This document shows, piece after piece, positions 37,328 to 45,688 of a stretch of 64,000 nt of DNA. Each line of letters starts with the position of its first letter. Position 1 is the stretch's first letter. The notes under the pieces were generated by a model. It searched no databases, was not told the origin of the DNA, and was given only the letters and a program-made list of their open reading frames with translations. This DNA is from an uncultured Eubacteriales bacterium (lineage in GTDB: Bacteria > Bacillota > Clostridia > Monoglobales > Monoglobaceae), in contig CAJKNM010000001.1 in assembly GCA_905201285.1 (NCBI GenBank), positions 4,042 to 68,041 of the forward strand, read 5' to 3'. The translations under genes were made by a program, and so were the position numbers.

Positions 37328-37864
37328 CTAATTGTTATTCACAAACTTTGTATTATAGTTTTCGATGCAATGCCGAATTATTTCGACCGCGGCATCACGG
37401 CCCTGAACCTCATCAACGGCGGTTGCCTTGCCCTCAAGCTGTTTGTATACCGAGAAGAAGTGACGCATCTCTTCAAATATGTGCGGCGGGAGGTCGGATA
37501 TATCGGCATATGCGTTATACGAGGGGTCTTCAAACGGAATGGCAATAATTTTTTCGTCGTTCTTTCCGTTGTCAATCATCTTTATAACACCTATCGGATA
37601 ACAATGAACCAAAACAAGCGGGTCAATCTCTTCCGAAGTCAAAACCAGCACGTCGAGGGGGTCTCCGTCGTCGGCATAGGTTCTCGGTATAAAGCCATAA
37701 TTGGCGGGATAGTGAGTCGAGGTATATAAGATTCTGTCAAGAATAATAAATCCGGTTTCTTTATCAAGCTCATACTTTTTCTTGCTGCCCTTTTTGATTT
37801 CTATAACCGCAAGAAAGTCCTCGGGTGAAATTCTTTCGGGTCTGACGTTGTGCCAAATATTCAT
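37328..37864 (-). CDS. ppa: Inorganic pyrophosphatase, family I
   Basis: 178 aa. EIKKGSKKKYELDK, YPANYGFIPRT, DGDPLDVLVL. Confidence 0.9.
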   Translation of the reverse strand: MNIWHNVRPERISPEDFLAVIEIKKGSKKKYELDKETGFIILDRILYTSTHYPANYGFIPRTYADDGDPLDVLVLTSEEIDPLVLVHCYPIGVIKMIDNGKNDEKIIAIPFEDPSYNAYADISDLPPHIFEEMRHFFSVYKQLEGKATAVDEVQGRDAAVEIIRHCIENYNTKFVNNN

Positions 37865-37934
37865 ATAAAACTCCTCCTTATATTCTTCTTAAATTGTTAT
37901 ATTATTGATTGTTTCCATATTATAAACAGGTTAA

Positions 37935-40295
37935 TCAAGCTATTCCGATAAGGATACAGATTGTATGCACGGCAAAGGCGCAAATCCACGCAATCAAGCA
38001 TTGAAGTATCACGATTCCCATTGCCCAGCGGCCGCCGAGTTCGCGCTTGATTGATGCGATTGCGGCAACGCAAGGAGTATAGAGCAGACAGAATACCAAA
38101 AGCGACAGGACTCCCGAGGTTGAGAGAATCGTGTAAAGCTCGCTTACACTCCCGATTAAGACCGAAAGCGTTGATACCACGCTTTCCTTTGCCATAAATC
38201 CGGCGATAAGCGAGGTTGAAATCCGCCAGTCTCCAAAGCCGAGGGGCTTGAATACAGGCGAAATAAATCCTGCTATCCCCGCAAGAATACTGTCCTGAGA
38301 GTTTTCAACTATATTTAATCTGAGGTCAAATTTTTGCAGAAACCACACAATGACAGACGCCACGAATATTACAGTAAAGGCACGTTCAACGAAATCCCTC
38401 GCCTTGTCCCACAAAAGCATCATTACGTTTTTTGCCCCCGGCATACGATAGTTGGGAAGTTCCATAACAAACGGAATGGCTTCGCCCTTAAAGATAGTCT
38501 GCTTCGAGATAAGCGCAGTGAGGATTCCCATTGCTATTCCGAATATGTAAAGACAGACCATCACAAGCCCGCCGTGCCGCGGAAAGAATGCCGCGGTAAA
38601 GAACGCATAAATCGGAAGCTTCGCGGTACAGCTCATAAACGGGGTCAGCATTACTGTCATCTTCCGGTCGCGGGCGGACGGAAGGGTGCGGCTTGCCATA
38701 ACACCGGGAACGGTACATCCGAAGCCTATCAGCATAGGAACGATACTTCTTCCCGAAAGTCCTATCTTTCGGAGAAGCTTATCTGTCACAAAGGCAACAC
38801 GCGCCATATATCCGCTGTCCTCAAGCATTGACAGAAAGAAGAACAGCGTGACGATAATCGGAACAAAGCTGAGGATACTTCCGACACCGCTGAATATTCC
38901 GTCTACAATCAGCGAATGCAGAACAGGGTTTATATTCCATGCCGAAAGAAGCATATCAACCGATTCGCACACCCAGTCTATGCCCGATTCAAGAAGCCCT
39001 TGAAGCCATGAGCCGATTACGTTGAACGTAAGGTAAAACACAAGCGCCATTATTCCGATAAATGTCGGAATGGCAGTGTACTTTCCGGTCAGAACAGCGT
39101 CAATTTTTCGGCTTCTTATATGCTCCTTGCTTTCCGATGGTTTGACCACGGTCTTTTCACACAGTCTTGTGATGAAAGAAAATCTCATATCGGCTATTGC
39201 GGCGGAGCGGTCAAGGCCGCGTTCTGTTTCCATTTGACAGATGATATGCTCAATCATTTCCTTTTCGTTTTGACTTAGCTTCAATGCGTTCTCTACAATA
39301 GAGTCACCCTCTATCAGCTTGCTTGCCGCAAATCTGAGGGGAATCCCGGCGGCCTTTGCATGATCCTCTATCAGGTGCATTATGCCGTGAAGACAACGAT
39401 GAACGGCACCGCCTGCCTCGTCTTCGGAACAGAAGTCCAAACGCATAGGCCTTTCGCGATACTTAGCTATATGAAGTGCGTGACGAATAAGCTCATCAAC
39501 ACCTTCACCCTTTGCAGCGGAAATCGGAACGACAGGTATGCCCAAAAGCCGTTCCATCTCGTTTATTCGTATTGTTCCGCCGTTATTTCTCACTTCATCC
39601 ATCATATTAAGCGCGAGAACGGTCGGAACGTTTAACTCGATAAGCTGCATCGTGAGGTACAGATTCCGTTCGATATTTGTGGCGTCAATTATGTTTATAA
39701 TTCCGGTCGGCTTTTCGTTCAAAATAAATTGGCGTGAAACGATCTCCTCGCTTGTGTACGGCGAAAGCGAGTAGATTCCCGGAAGGTCGGTGACACGTGT
39801 GTCGGGGTGACCGACGATTCGTCCGCTTTTTTGGTCAACCGTAACGCCGGGGAAGTTCCCGACGTGTTGATTTGAACCCGTCAGACAGTTAAACAGAGTT
39901 GTCTTGCCGCAGTTCTGATTCCCGGCAAGGGCAAAGGTCAAAACCGTACCCTTGGGCAGGGGATTTTCGTTTTCCTTGACGTGATACCTTCCATCCTCAC
40001 CCAAACCCGGATGCTCGGATACCGCGGCGGTACCGATGGGCCTTGCGCAGGGCTTTTGACAATCTGCCCGCGACAGCTCTTCAACAGTAATTTTTTCGGC
40101 ATCGGCGAGACGGAGCGTCAGTTCATAGCCATGGATTCTGAGTTCCATAGGGTCGCCCATAGGGGCATATTTCATAACGGTTACCTCGGCACCGGGAATA
40201 ACGCCCATATCCAAAAAATGTCGGCGAAGAGAGCCTTCACCGCCAACGGCGCAAATCCGCGCAGGAACACCTATTTTTAAATCTTTAAGAGTCAT
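37935..40295 (-). CDS. feoB: Ferrous iron transporter, FeoA-FeoB fusion
   Basis: 786 aa. N-terminal FeoA SH3-like domain (LRRHFLDMGVIPGAEVTVMKYAPMGDPMELRI), G-domain GNQNCGKTTLFN/DLPG, then polytopic membrane domain. Confidence 0.9.
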   Translation of the reverse strand: MTLKDLKIGVPARICAVGGEGSLRRHFLDMGVIPGAEVTVMKYAPMGDPMELRIHGYELTLRLADAEKITVEELSRADCQKPCARPIGTAAVSEHPGLGEDGRYHVKENENPLPKGTVLTFALAGNQNCGKTTLFNCLTGSNQHVGNFPGVTVDQKSGRIVGHPDTRVTDLPGIYSLSPYTSEEIVSRQFILNEKPTGIINIIDATNIERNLYLTMQLIELNVPTVLALNMMDEVRNNGGTIRINEMERLLGIPVVPISAAKGEGVDELIRHALHIAKYRERPMRLDFCSEDEAGGAVHRCLHGIMHLIEDHAKAAGIPLRFAASKLIEGDSIVENALKLSQNEKEMIEHIICQMETERGLDRSAAIADMRFSFITRLCEKTVVKPSESKEHIRSRKIDAVLTGKYTAIPTFIGIMALVFYLTFNVIGSWLQGLLESGIDWVCESVDMLLSAWNINPVLHSLIVDGIFSGVGSILSFVPIIVTLFFFLSMLEDSGYMARVAFVTDKLLRKIGLSGRSIVPMLIGFGCTVPGVMASRTLPSARDRKMTVMLTPFMSCTAKLPIYAFFTAAFFPRHGGLVMVCLYIFGIAMGILTALISKQTIFKGEAIPFVMELPNYRMPGAKNVMMLLWDKARDFVERAFTVIFVASVIVWFLQKFDLRLNIVENSQDSILAGIAGFISPVFKPLGFGDWRISTSLIAGFMAKESVVSTLSVLIGSVSELYTILSTSGVLSLLVFCLLYTPCVAAIASIKRELGGRWAMGIVILQCLIAWICAFAVHTICILIGIA

Positions 40296-40371
40296 TTGCT
40301 TTTCTCCTGATTGCTTGTACTTAGTATATACTATGTATATGAAATTTAACTTATTATAATTTTATCGCATA

Positions 40372-40387
40372 TTGACAAAAGTGTCAA
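40372..40387. promoter_or_regulatory. Palindrome overlapping the predicted -35 of the feoAB promoter
   Basis: TTGACA-aaag-TGTCAA. On the minus strand TTGACA-17 nt-TAAAAT forms a promoter reading into feoAB. Confidence 0.4.
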
Positions 40388-40441
40388 GTATGTTTGATGT
40401 TTAGATAGCGTCAAATAAAAATAAAATTTTGAAAATTTCTC

Positions 40442-40470
40442 TTTACATTTGTCACATTGTGTGGTATACT
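40442..40470 (+). promoter_or_regulatory. Promoter of the uracil permease-pyrR operon
   Basis: TTTACA-17 nt-TATACT with TGn extended -10. Confidence 0.55.
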
Positions 40471-40599
40471 GTCTTTAATTGAATAGCTTGTCTTTAAAGA
40501 GCGATGCGGGACATCGGCAAGACGACATTTTTATCGGTTCGGAATTTTCTGTGACTATGCCTTATTATGCCTTGTCTGCGTGCGCGGACAAGGCTTTTT
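40471..40599 (+). promoter_or_regulatory. Transcription-attenuation leader, probably PyrR-dependent, ending in an intrinsic terminator
   Basis: Terminator GCCTTGTC-tgcgtgcgcg-GACAAGGC-TTTTT at 40569-40599, 30 nt before the permease start. Upstream segment CTTGTCTTTAAAGAGCGATGCGGGAC repeats the CTTGTC arm, allowing alternative pairing. pyrR is encoded in the same operon. Confidence 0.5.
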
Positions 40600-40628
40600 A
40601 AATTTTAATTTAACAGGGAGAGTTGAAA

Positions 40629-41975
40629 ATGTCAAACAAAAACGAAGGCATCTTTGATGCCAGAAAACTCGGCTCGGGCAAGATGCTGGTTCTCGGAATT
40701 CAGCATATGTTCGCTATGTTCGGTGCAACGGTGCTGGTTCCGATTATTACCGGACTCAGTGTATCATCCACACTTCTTTTCGCGGGTTTAGGAACCCTTT
40801 TGTTCCACATCCTGACCAAGGGTAAGGTTCCTGCCTTCCTCGGTTCGTCATTCGCATTCCTCGGCGGATATGCAGCGGTTTCTCTGCTTTGCGAACAGAA
40901 CTCGATAGACAACTTTTCGGCTTATGCCGGTGTCGGTGTCGCTGTTGCGGGTCTGATTTATGTTGTTCTCGCGGTTCTGTTTAAGATATTCGGTGCGCAA
41001 AAGGTAATGAGATTCTTCCCGCCGATTGTAACGGGTCCTATAATTATCGCGATAGGCCTTACACTTTCGTCATCGGCTATCACGAACTGCTCGGCTAACT
41101 GGTGGCTTGCTATGGTTGCGGTTGCGGTTATCATCGTATGCAACATCTGGGGCAAGGGAATGGTTAAGATTATACCGATTCTCATAGGTGTTATCGTATC
41201 TTATCTTGTTGCGGCCGTTACCGGAAACGTAGATTTCACTTCTGTTAAAGAAGCGGCATGGATTGGCCTTCCTGTTGTTTGGCATAACACAGCTCTTTCG
41301 CTTATCGGTGATTCAAGCACAAACTCGTCAGTTGTGATTACCTCAATCATAACGATTGCTCCTATCGCTATCGCTACTATTATCGAACATATCGGTGATG
41401 TTTGCGCTATATCATCAACGGTTGAAAGAAATTACATTCAAGACCCCGGTCTTCACAGAACTCTCCTCGGCGACGGTCTTGCAACCTCGCTTGCGGCGCT
41501 GTTCGGCGCTCCGGCAAACACAACCTACGGCGAAAACACCGGTGTTTTGGCTCTTACAAAGGTTTATGACCCGAGAGTTATCAGAATCGCGGCGTACTTT
41601 GCAATCCTGCTTTCGTTCTCGCCTAAGTTTGCGGCATTCATAAACTCTCTGCCGACTGCGGTTATCGGCGGCGTTTCTATGGTTCTCTATGGTATGATTT
41701 CGGCGGTCGGCGTCAGAAACGTGGTTGAGAACAAGGTTGACTTTACAAAGTCAAGAAATGTTATTATCGCGGCTCTTATAATGGTTCTTTCAATCGGTAT
41801 CAATTACAGTAAAGCGGGTGCGATAAGCTTTACTATAGGCTCTGCAACAATCAGCCTCACCGGTCTTGCTGTTGCCGCTCTTGTCGGAATTATTCTCAAT
41901 GCAGTCCTCCCCGGTAAGGACTATGAGTTCGGCAAAGATCTTCAAGGTGACACTTCGGTGAACTTTGAAGTATAA
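40629..41975 (+). CDS. Uracil/xanthine permease (NCS2 family)
   Basis: 448 aa from ATG MSNKNEG. About 12 TM segments. LGIQHMFAMFGATVLVP and ENTGVLALT motifs typical of UraA/PyrP. Confidence 0.85.
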   Translation: MSNKNEGIFDARKLGSGKMLVLGIQHMFAMFGATVLVPIITGLSVSSTLLFAGLGTLLFHILTKGKVPAFLGSSFAFLGGYAAVSLLCEQNSIDNFSAYAGVGVAVAGLIYVVLAVLFKIFGAQKVMRFFPPIVTGPIIIAIGLTLSSSAITNCSANWWLAMVAVAVIIVCNIWGKGMVKIIPILIGVIVSYLVAAVTGNVDFTSVKEAAWIGLPVVWHNTALSLIGDSSTNSSVVITSIITIAPIAIATIIEHIGDVCAISSTVERNYIQDPGLHRTLLGDGLATSLAALFGAPANTTYGENTGVLALTKVYDPRVIRIAAYFAILLSFSPKFAAFINSLPTAVIGGVSMVLYGMISAVGVRNVVENKVDFTKSRNVIIAALIMVLSIGINYSKAGAISFTIGSATISLTGLAVAALVGIILNAVLPGKDYEFGKDLQGDTSVNFEV

Positions 41976-42071
41976 TTTATAAGAACTTTATCAGAATATT
42001 TAAAGGACTGGCGGCTGAAGCCACCGGTCCTTGCTTCTTTATAATACTGAATTTTAATGTTGGTGATGTGT

Positions 42072-42611
42072 ATGAAGTTTAAAGCAGAGTTATATGATGA
42101 AAAGGTTCTCGGAAGGGTTATAACAAGGATTGCCCATGAGATTTCGGAACGAAATGAGTCCCTTGATGACATCGTTTTGGTCGGAGTGAAAACACGCGGT
42201 GTGCCGTTCGGACAAAGACTTGCGAAGTGCATACACGATAAGATCGATGAATCAGTTAATGTTCCGGTGGGGGCGCTTGATATAACCACTTTTCGCGATG
42301 ATATAGATAACGGGGACAGAAAAAGACAGCTCAATAACAGCGAGATGCCGTGTGACATTAACGGAAAGACAGTAATTATTACAGATGACGTAATATGCAC
42401 AGGCAGGACGGCAAGGGCCGCTATTGACGCTTTGATTACCTTCGGAAGGCCGGCGAAGATACAGCTTGCAGTGCTTGTGGACAGAGGACACAGAGAGGTG
42501 CCGATTCGTGCCGATTATGTGGGAAAAAATATTCCCACATCGCATCTTGAGACTATAAAGGTTGGCTTTGCCGACACAGACGGCAGGGATTTTGTTGAAA
42601 TATATGAGTGA
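42072..42611 (+). CDS. pyrR: Bifunctional pyr mRNA-binding attenuation protein / uracil phosphoribosyltransferase
   Basis: MKFKAELYDEKVLGRVITRIAHEI..., PRPP loop VIITDDVICTGRTARAA, VLVDRGHRE. Confidence 0.9.
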   Translation: MKFKAELYDEKVLGRVITRIAHEISERNESLDDIVLVGVKTRGVPFGQRLAKCIHDKIDESVNVPVGALDITTFRDDIDNGDRKRQLNNSEMPCDINGKTVIITDDVICTGRTARAAIDALITFGRPAKIQLAVLVDRGHREVPIRADYVGKNIPTSHLETIKVGFADTDGRDFVEIYE

Positions 42612-42629
42612 TATGTAAGGAGCCCAACT

Positions 42630-43070
42630 ATGAAGAAATTTTTTCAGGAATTTAAAGATTTCGCTATGCGCGGAAGCGTAATAGATTTAGCGGTCGGTGT
42701 TATCGTCGGCGGTGCGTTTCAAAAAATAGTCAATTCTCTTGTGACAGACATTATCTCGCCGATACTCGGGTTGTTTGCAAAAGAGAATTTTAACGGACTT
42801 TCGCTTAACGTAATGGGTGTTTCAATTCAATACGGTTCGTTTATAACCGAGGTTATAAACTTTATAATTATGGCATTCGTGATTTTTGTAATGGTAAAAA
42901 CGCTCAACAAAATAGCATCATTTCACAAAAAACCGGAAGAAGAGGAACAGACCGAGAAAAAGTGTCCGTATTGTATGTCAAAGATTGATATAAATGCAAC
43001 CCGTTGTCCTTATTGCACCTCGGTTCTTGAAGAAGAACCCGATGAAGAGCCAACCGAAAGCGCCCTGTGA
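42630..43070 (+). CDS. mscL: Large-conductance mechanosensitive channel with C-terminal zinc-ribbon extension
   Basis: [37 protein letters not shown] is the MscL TM1 signature. Extra tail [22 protein letters not shown] (CxxC-N10-CxxC). Confidence 0.85.
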   Translation: MKKFFQEFKDFAMRGSVIDLAVGVIVGGAFQKIVNSLVTDIISPILGLFAKENFNGLSLNVMGVSIQYGSFITEVINFIIMAFVIFVMVKTLNKIASFHKKPEEEEQTEKKCPYCMSKIDINATRCPYCTSVLEEEPDEEPTESAL

Positions 43071-43073
43071 TTA

Positions 43074-45626
43074 TCATAGGGCGCTTTCGCTTAAATATTC
43101 ACGAAGCTCAGCCTCGGCGGCTTCGACCTCGCCGAGAAATTCTCTCGCAGATACCCGATATGCACCGTTACCGAGAATTATGAGCTGTTCCATATAGTCA
43201 GAGGTGGCGACCTTTACATTATAGTTCTTCCCGAGCTTATGCGTTGCTTTTTCTATATAAGAATCCGCGGTTTCGGCTTCCTTTGTATAGACGACGGTTA
43301 TGTTTCCGACTTTTTCTATACTGCCGTGGTTTCCCTTTACTTTATACGCGTCAAAAACGAGAATTACCTCCGCTTTTCGCATTGCACAATACGCACAAAG
43401 GCGATTGGCAAGTGTTGCCCTTGCGAGGTCTAAATCGTCTTCGGCGAGCTTCTTCAGCGAATCCCATGCAAATATTATGTTGTATCCGTCAACGAGGACA
43501 TAATTTCCATCCTTAGGCTTTCGGCGGGTTCCCGTTCGGACGGGAGAAGAATCATTTTTCGGCGTATTCAGAGCATGATGAGCTCTGCGTCGGACCTTTC
43601 CGTAGGTTTTTTCAAATATTTTCAATAATTCTTCGTCATCGGAAAACCCGACGTGATTCTGTCTTACCGGCGGTTCACTCTGCCGAACAACGGGCGTTTC
43701 AAGCTGAGCCGCTGGGAGGTGCATATGACTGAAGACCTCATCCCACTTAACAGTGTATCCTGCCCCATGAGAACAAAACACAGAATCGGCGGTGTTTTCG
43801 ACATCGGCCTCGGCGCTGTATCCGATTTCGTCTATTACCTTTTGGGGGTCGGAACACGGCTCATAGCCGCTGACTTCAAGCGACATTCTGCCCTTGCCCT
43901 TTGTATAGGCAATAAGTTCCGGGTTATAATCACTCATCGCCGAAACAGGTGCGTTTCCGCGGATAATCGAGGTATTCCCGAATGTTTCGGGAGAGGTAAA
44001 TCGGCCGCCCATACGGTTTATATCGGTCATTGCACGTCCAACAGAGTCGGTGAGAAGCTCAATCGTAAACCTGTACCACGGTTCGAGAAGGACGCTTTCG
44101 GCCTGCATCAACCCCTGTCTCAAAGCACGATAGGTTGCCTGACGGAAGTCACCGCCCTCGGTATGCTTTAGGTGTGCCTTGCCCGAAATCAGAGTGATTT
44201 TCATATCGGTTATCGGTGAGCCGGTAAGCACACCGATGTGCTCTTTCTCTTCAAGGTGAGTCAGAACAAGCCGCTGAAAGTTTCGGTCAAGATCGTCCTC
44301 ACTGCATTTAGCGGCAAATTTAAGGCCGCTGCCGCGGTCGAGCGGTTCGAGTAAGAGGTGAACCTCGGCATAGTGCCTGAGCGGTTCATAATGGCCGACG
44401 CCCTCTACACGATTTTTTATTGTTTCTTTATAGATTACACCGCTTTTTTCAAGTTCTATATCCATTCCGAAACGTTCGGACGCAATTCTTTTCACTATTT
44501 CAAGCTGAACTTCGCCCATGAGCTGAATGTTAATGTGATTGAGCCGGCTGTCTTTTACAACATGAAGCTGTGTTTCTTCTTCCTCAAGCTGACGGAGGTT
44601 AGTTATTGCCGTATGCTCATCGAACCCGGGTGGAAGCTTGACAGTATAGGTGAAAACCGGTTCGAGGGTCAGCGGCTCTGAGTCCTGTTCGGCCCCGAAT
44701 CCCTGACCGGGATATGTGCCGGTGAGACCCGTTACCGCACACACGGTTCCGGCCGGCGCTTTCTGAACATTCTTATATTTGAGTCCGGAATATATGCGTA
44801 TTTCGTTTGCTTTTTCCGACAGATTAATATCCAATACATCTTTAACATTCAGACTTCCGCCCGTTATCTTCATATAGGTCAGACGCTTGCCCTTTTCGTC
44901 CTCGGATATTTTAAAAACCTTTGCTCCGAATTCCGGGGTTCGACTCGGCTCGATTGTATAGGCCTCAAGAGCGGCGAGAAGTTCGGAAATTCCGCTTAAT
45001 TTAAGCGCAGAACCGAAAAGACACGGGAAAATCCGCCGCTGTGAAATTGCGGCGGTAAGGGACGCATCCGATACTGTACCGCTTTCTAAAAATTCGTCCA
45101 ATAATTCTTCGCTGCACATCGCCGCCGATTCGGCAAAATCATAAGATTTTGTATCGGCATTAAAATTAACACAGCCATCGCCGAATTTTTCGCGAAGTTC
45201 GCTTAAAAGTTCATCCTGATTTGTGTCAGGTAAGTCCATCTTGTTTATAAAAATAAAGACCGGAATTCCGTGACGTCTGAGAAGCTTCCAGAGCGTTTCG
45301 GTGTGCGGTCGGATGCCGTCTGACGCACTGATGACAAGTATGGCATAGTCAAGAACCTGAAGGGTTCTTTCCGCCTCGGCGGAAAAGTCAATATGCCCCG
45401 GGGTATCAAGCAGAGAGATATAAGTCCTGTCGGTTTCGATTATTGCCTGCTTTGAAAAAATGGTGATTCCGCGTTCACGTTCTATACTTTCGGTGTCAAG
45501 AAAGGCATTGCCGTGGTCTACTCTTCCCGGCTTTTTAATCTGACCGCTCAGGTATAAAAGCCCCTCTGAAAGAGTGGTCTTTCCGCTGTCAACGTGCGCA
45601 AGTATTCCTATCACTAATCTTTTCAT
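43074..45626 (-). CDS. TetM/EF-G-like translational GTPase fused to a C-terminal Rae1/YacP-type NYN ribonuclease domain
   Basis: 850 aa from MKRLVIGILAHVDSGKTTLSEG (GGAGA RBS). G1 AHVDSGKT, G2 RGITI, G3 DTPGH, G4 NKMD, G5 GSALK. Collinear with ribosomal-protection proteins for about 640 aa. Last 143 aa (43077-43505) contain LVDGYN, VFDA, ETADSYIEK, VATSDYMEQ and SAREFLGEVE, as in B. subtilis Rae1. Confidence 0.85.
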   Translation of the reverse strand: MKRLVIGILAHVDSGKTTLSEGLLYLSGQIKKPGRVDHGNAFLDTESIERERGITIFSKQAIIETDRTYISLLDTPGHIDFSAEAERTLQVLDYAILVISASDGIRPHTETLWKLLRRHGIPVFIFINKMDLPDTNQDELLSELREKFGDGCVNFNADTKSYDFAESAAMCSEELLDEFLESGTVSDASLTAAISQRRIFPCLFGSALKLSGISELLAALEAYTIEPSRTPEFGAKVFKISEDEKGKRLTYMKITGGSLNVKDVLDINLSEKANEIRIYSGLKYKNVQKAPAGTVCAVTGLTGTYPGQGFGAEQDSEPLTLEPVFTYTVKLPPGFDEHTAITNLRQLEEEETQLHVVKDSRLNHINIQLMGEVQLEIVKRIASERFGMDIELEKSGVIYKETIKNRVEGVGHYEPLRHYAEVHLLLEPLDRGSGLKFAAKCSEDDLDRNFQRLVLTHLEEKEHIGVLTGSPITDMKITLISGKAHLKHTEGGDFRQATYRALRQGLMQAESVLLEPWYRFTIELLTDSVGRAMTDINRMGGRFTSPETFGNTSIIRGNAPVSAMSDYNPELIAYTKGKGRMSLEVSGYEPCSDPQKVIDEIGYSAEADVENTADSVFCSHGAGYTVKWDEVFSHMHLPAAQLETPVVRQSEPPVRQNHVGFSDDEELLKIFEKTYGKVRRRAHHALNTPKNDSSPVRTGTRRKPKDGNYVLVDGYNIIFAWDSLKKLAEDDLDLARATLANRLCAYCAMRKAEVILVFDAYKVKGNHGSIEKVGNITVVYTKEAETADSYIEKATHKLGKNYNVKVATSDYMEQLIILGNGAYRVSAREFLGEVEAAEAELREYLSESAL

Positions 45627-45688
45627 AATAATCTCCATATTCTCCTTGTTCGCCGCCCTGTGTCGACACAAACAGTTTATCCGTCCTT

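Noticed and set aside
43074-45626. Calling the GTPase simply tet(M)/tet(O)-type tetracycline resistance.
   Set aside because: The similarity is at family level only. The protein carries an additional NYN RNase domain and sits in a housekeeping context with no mobile element nearby. A resistance call would be over-interpretation.
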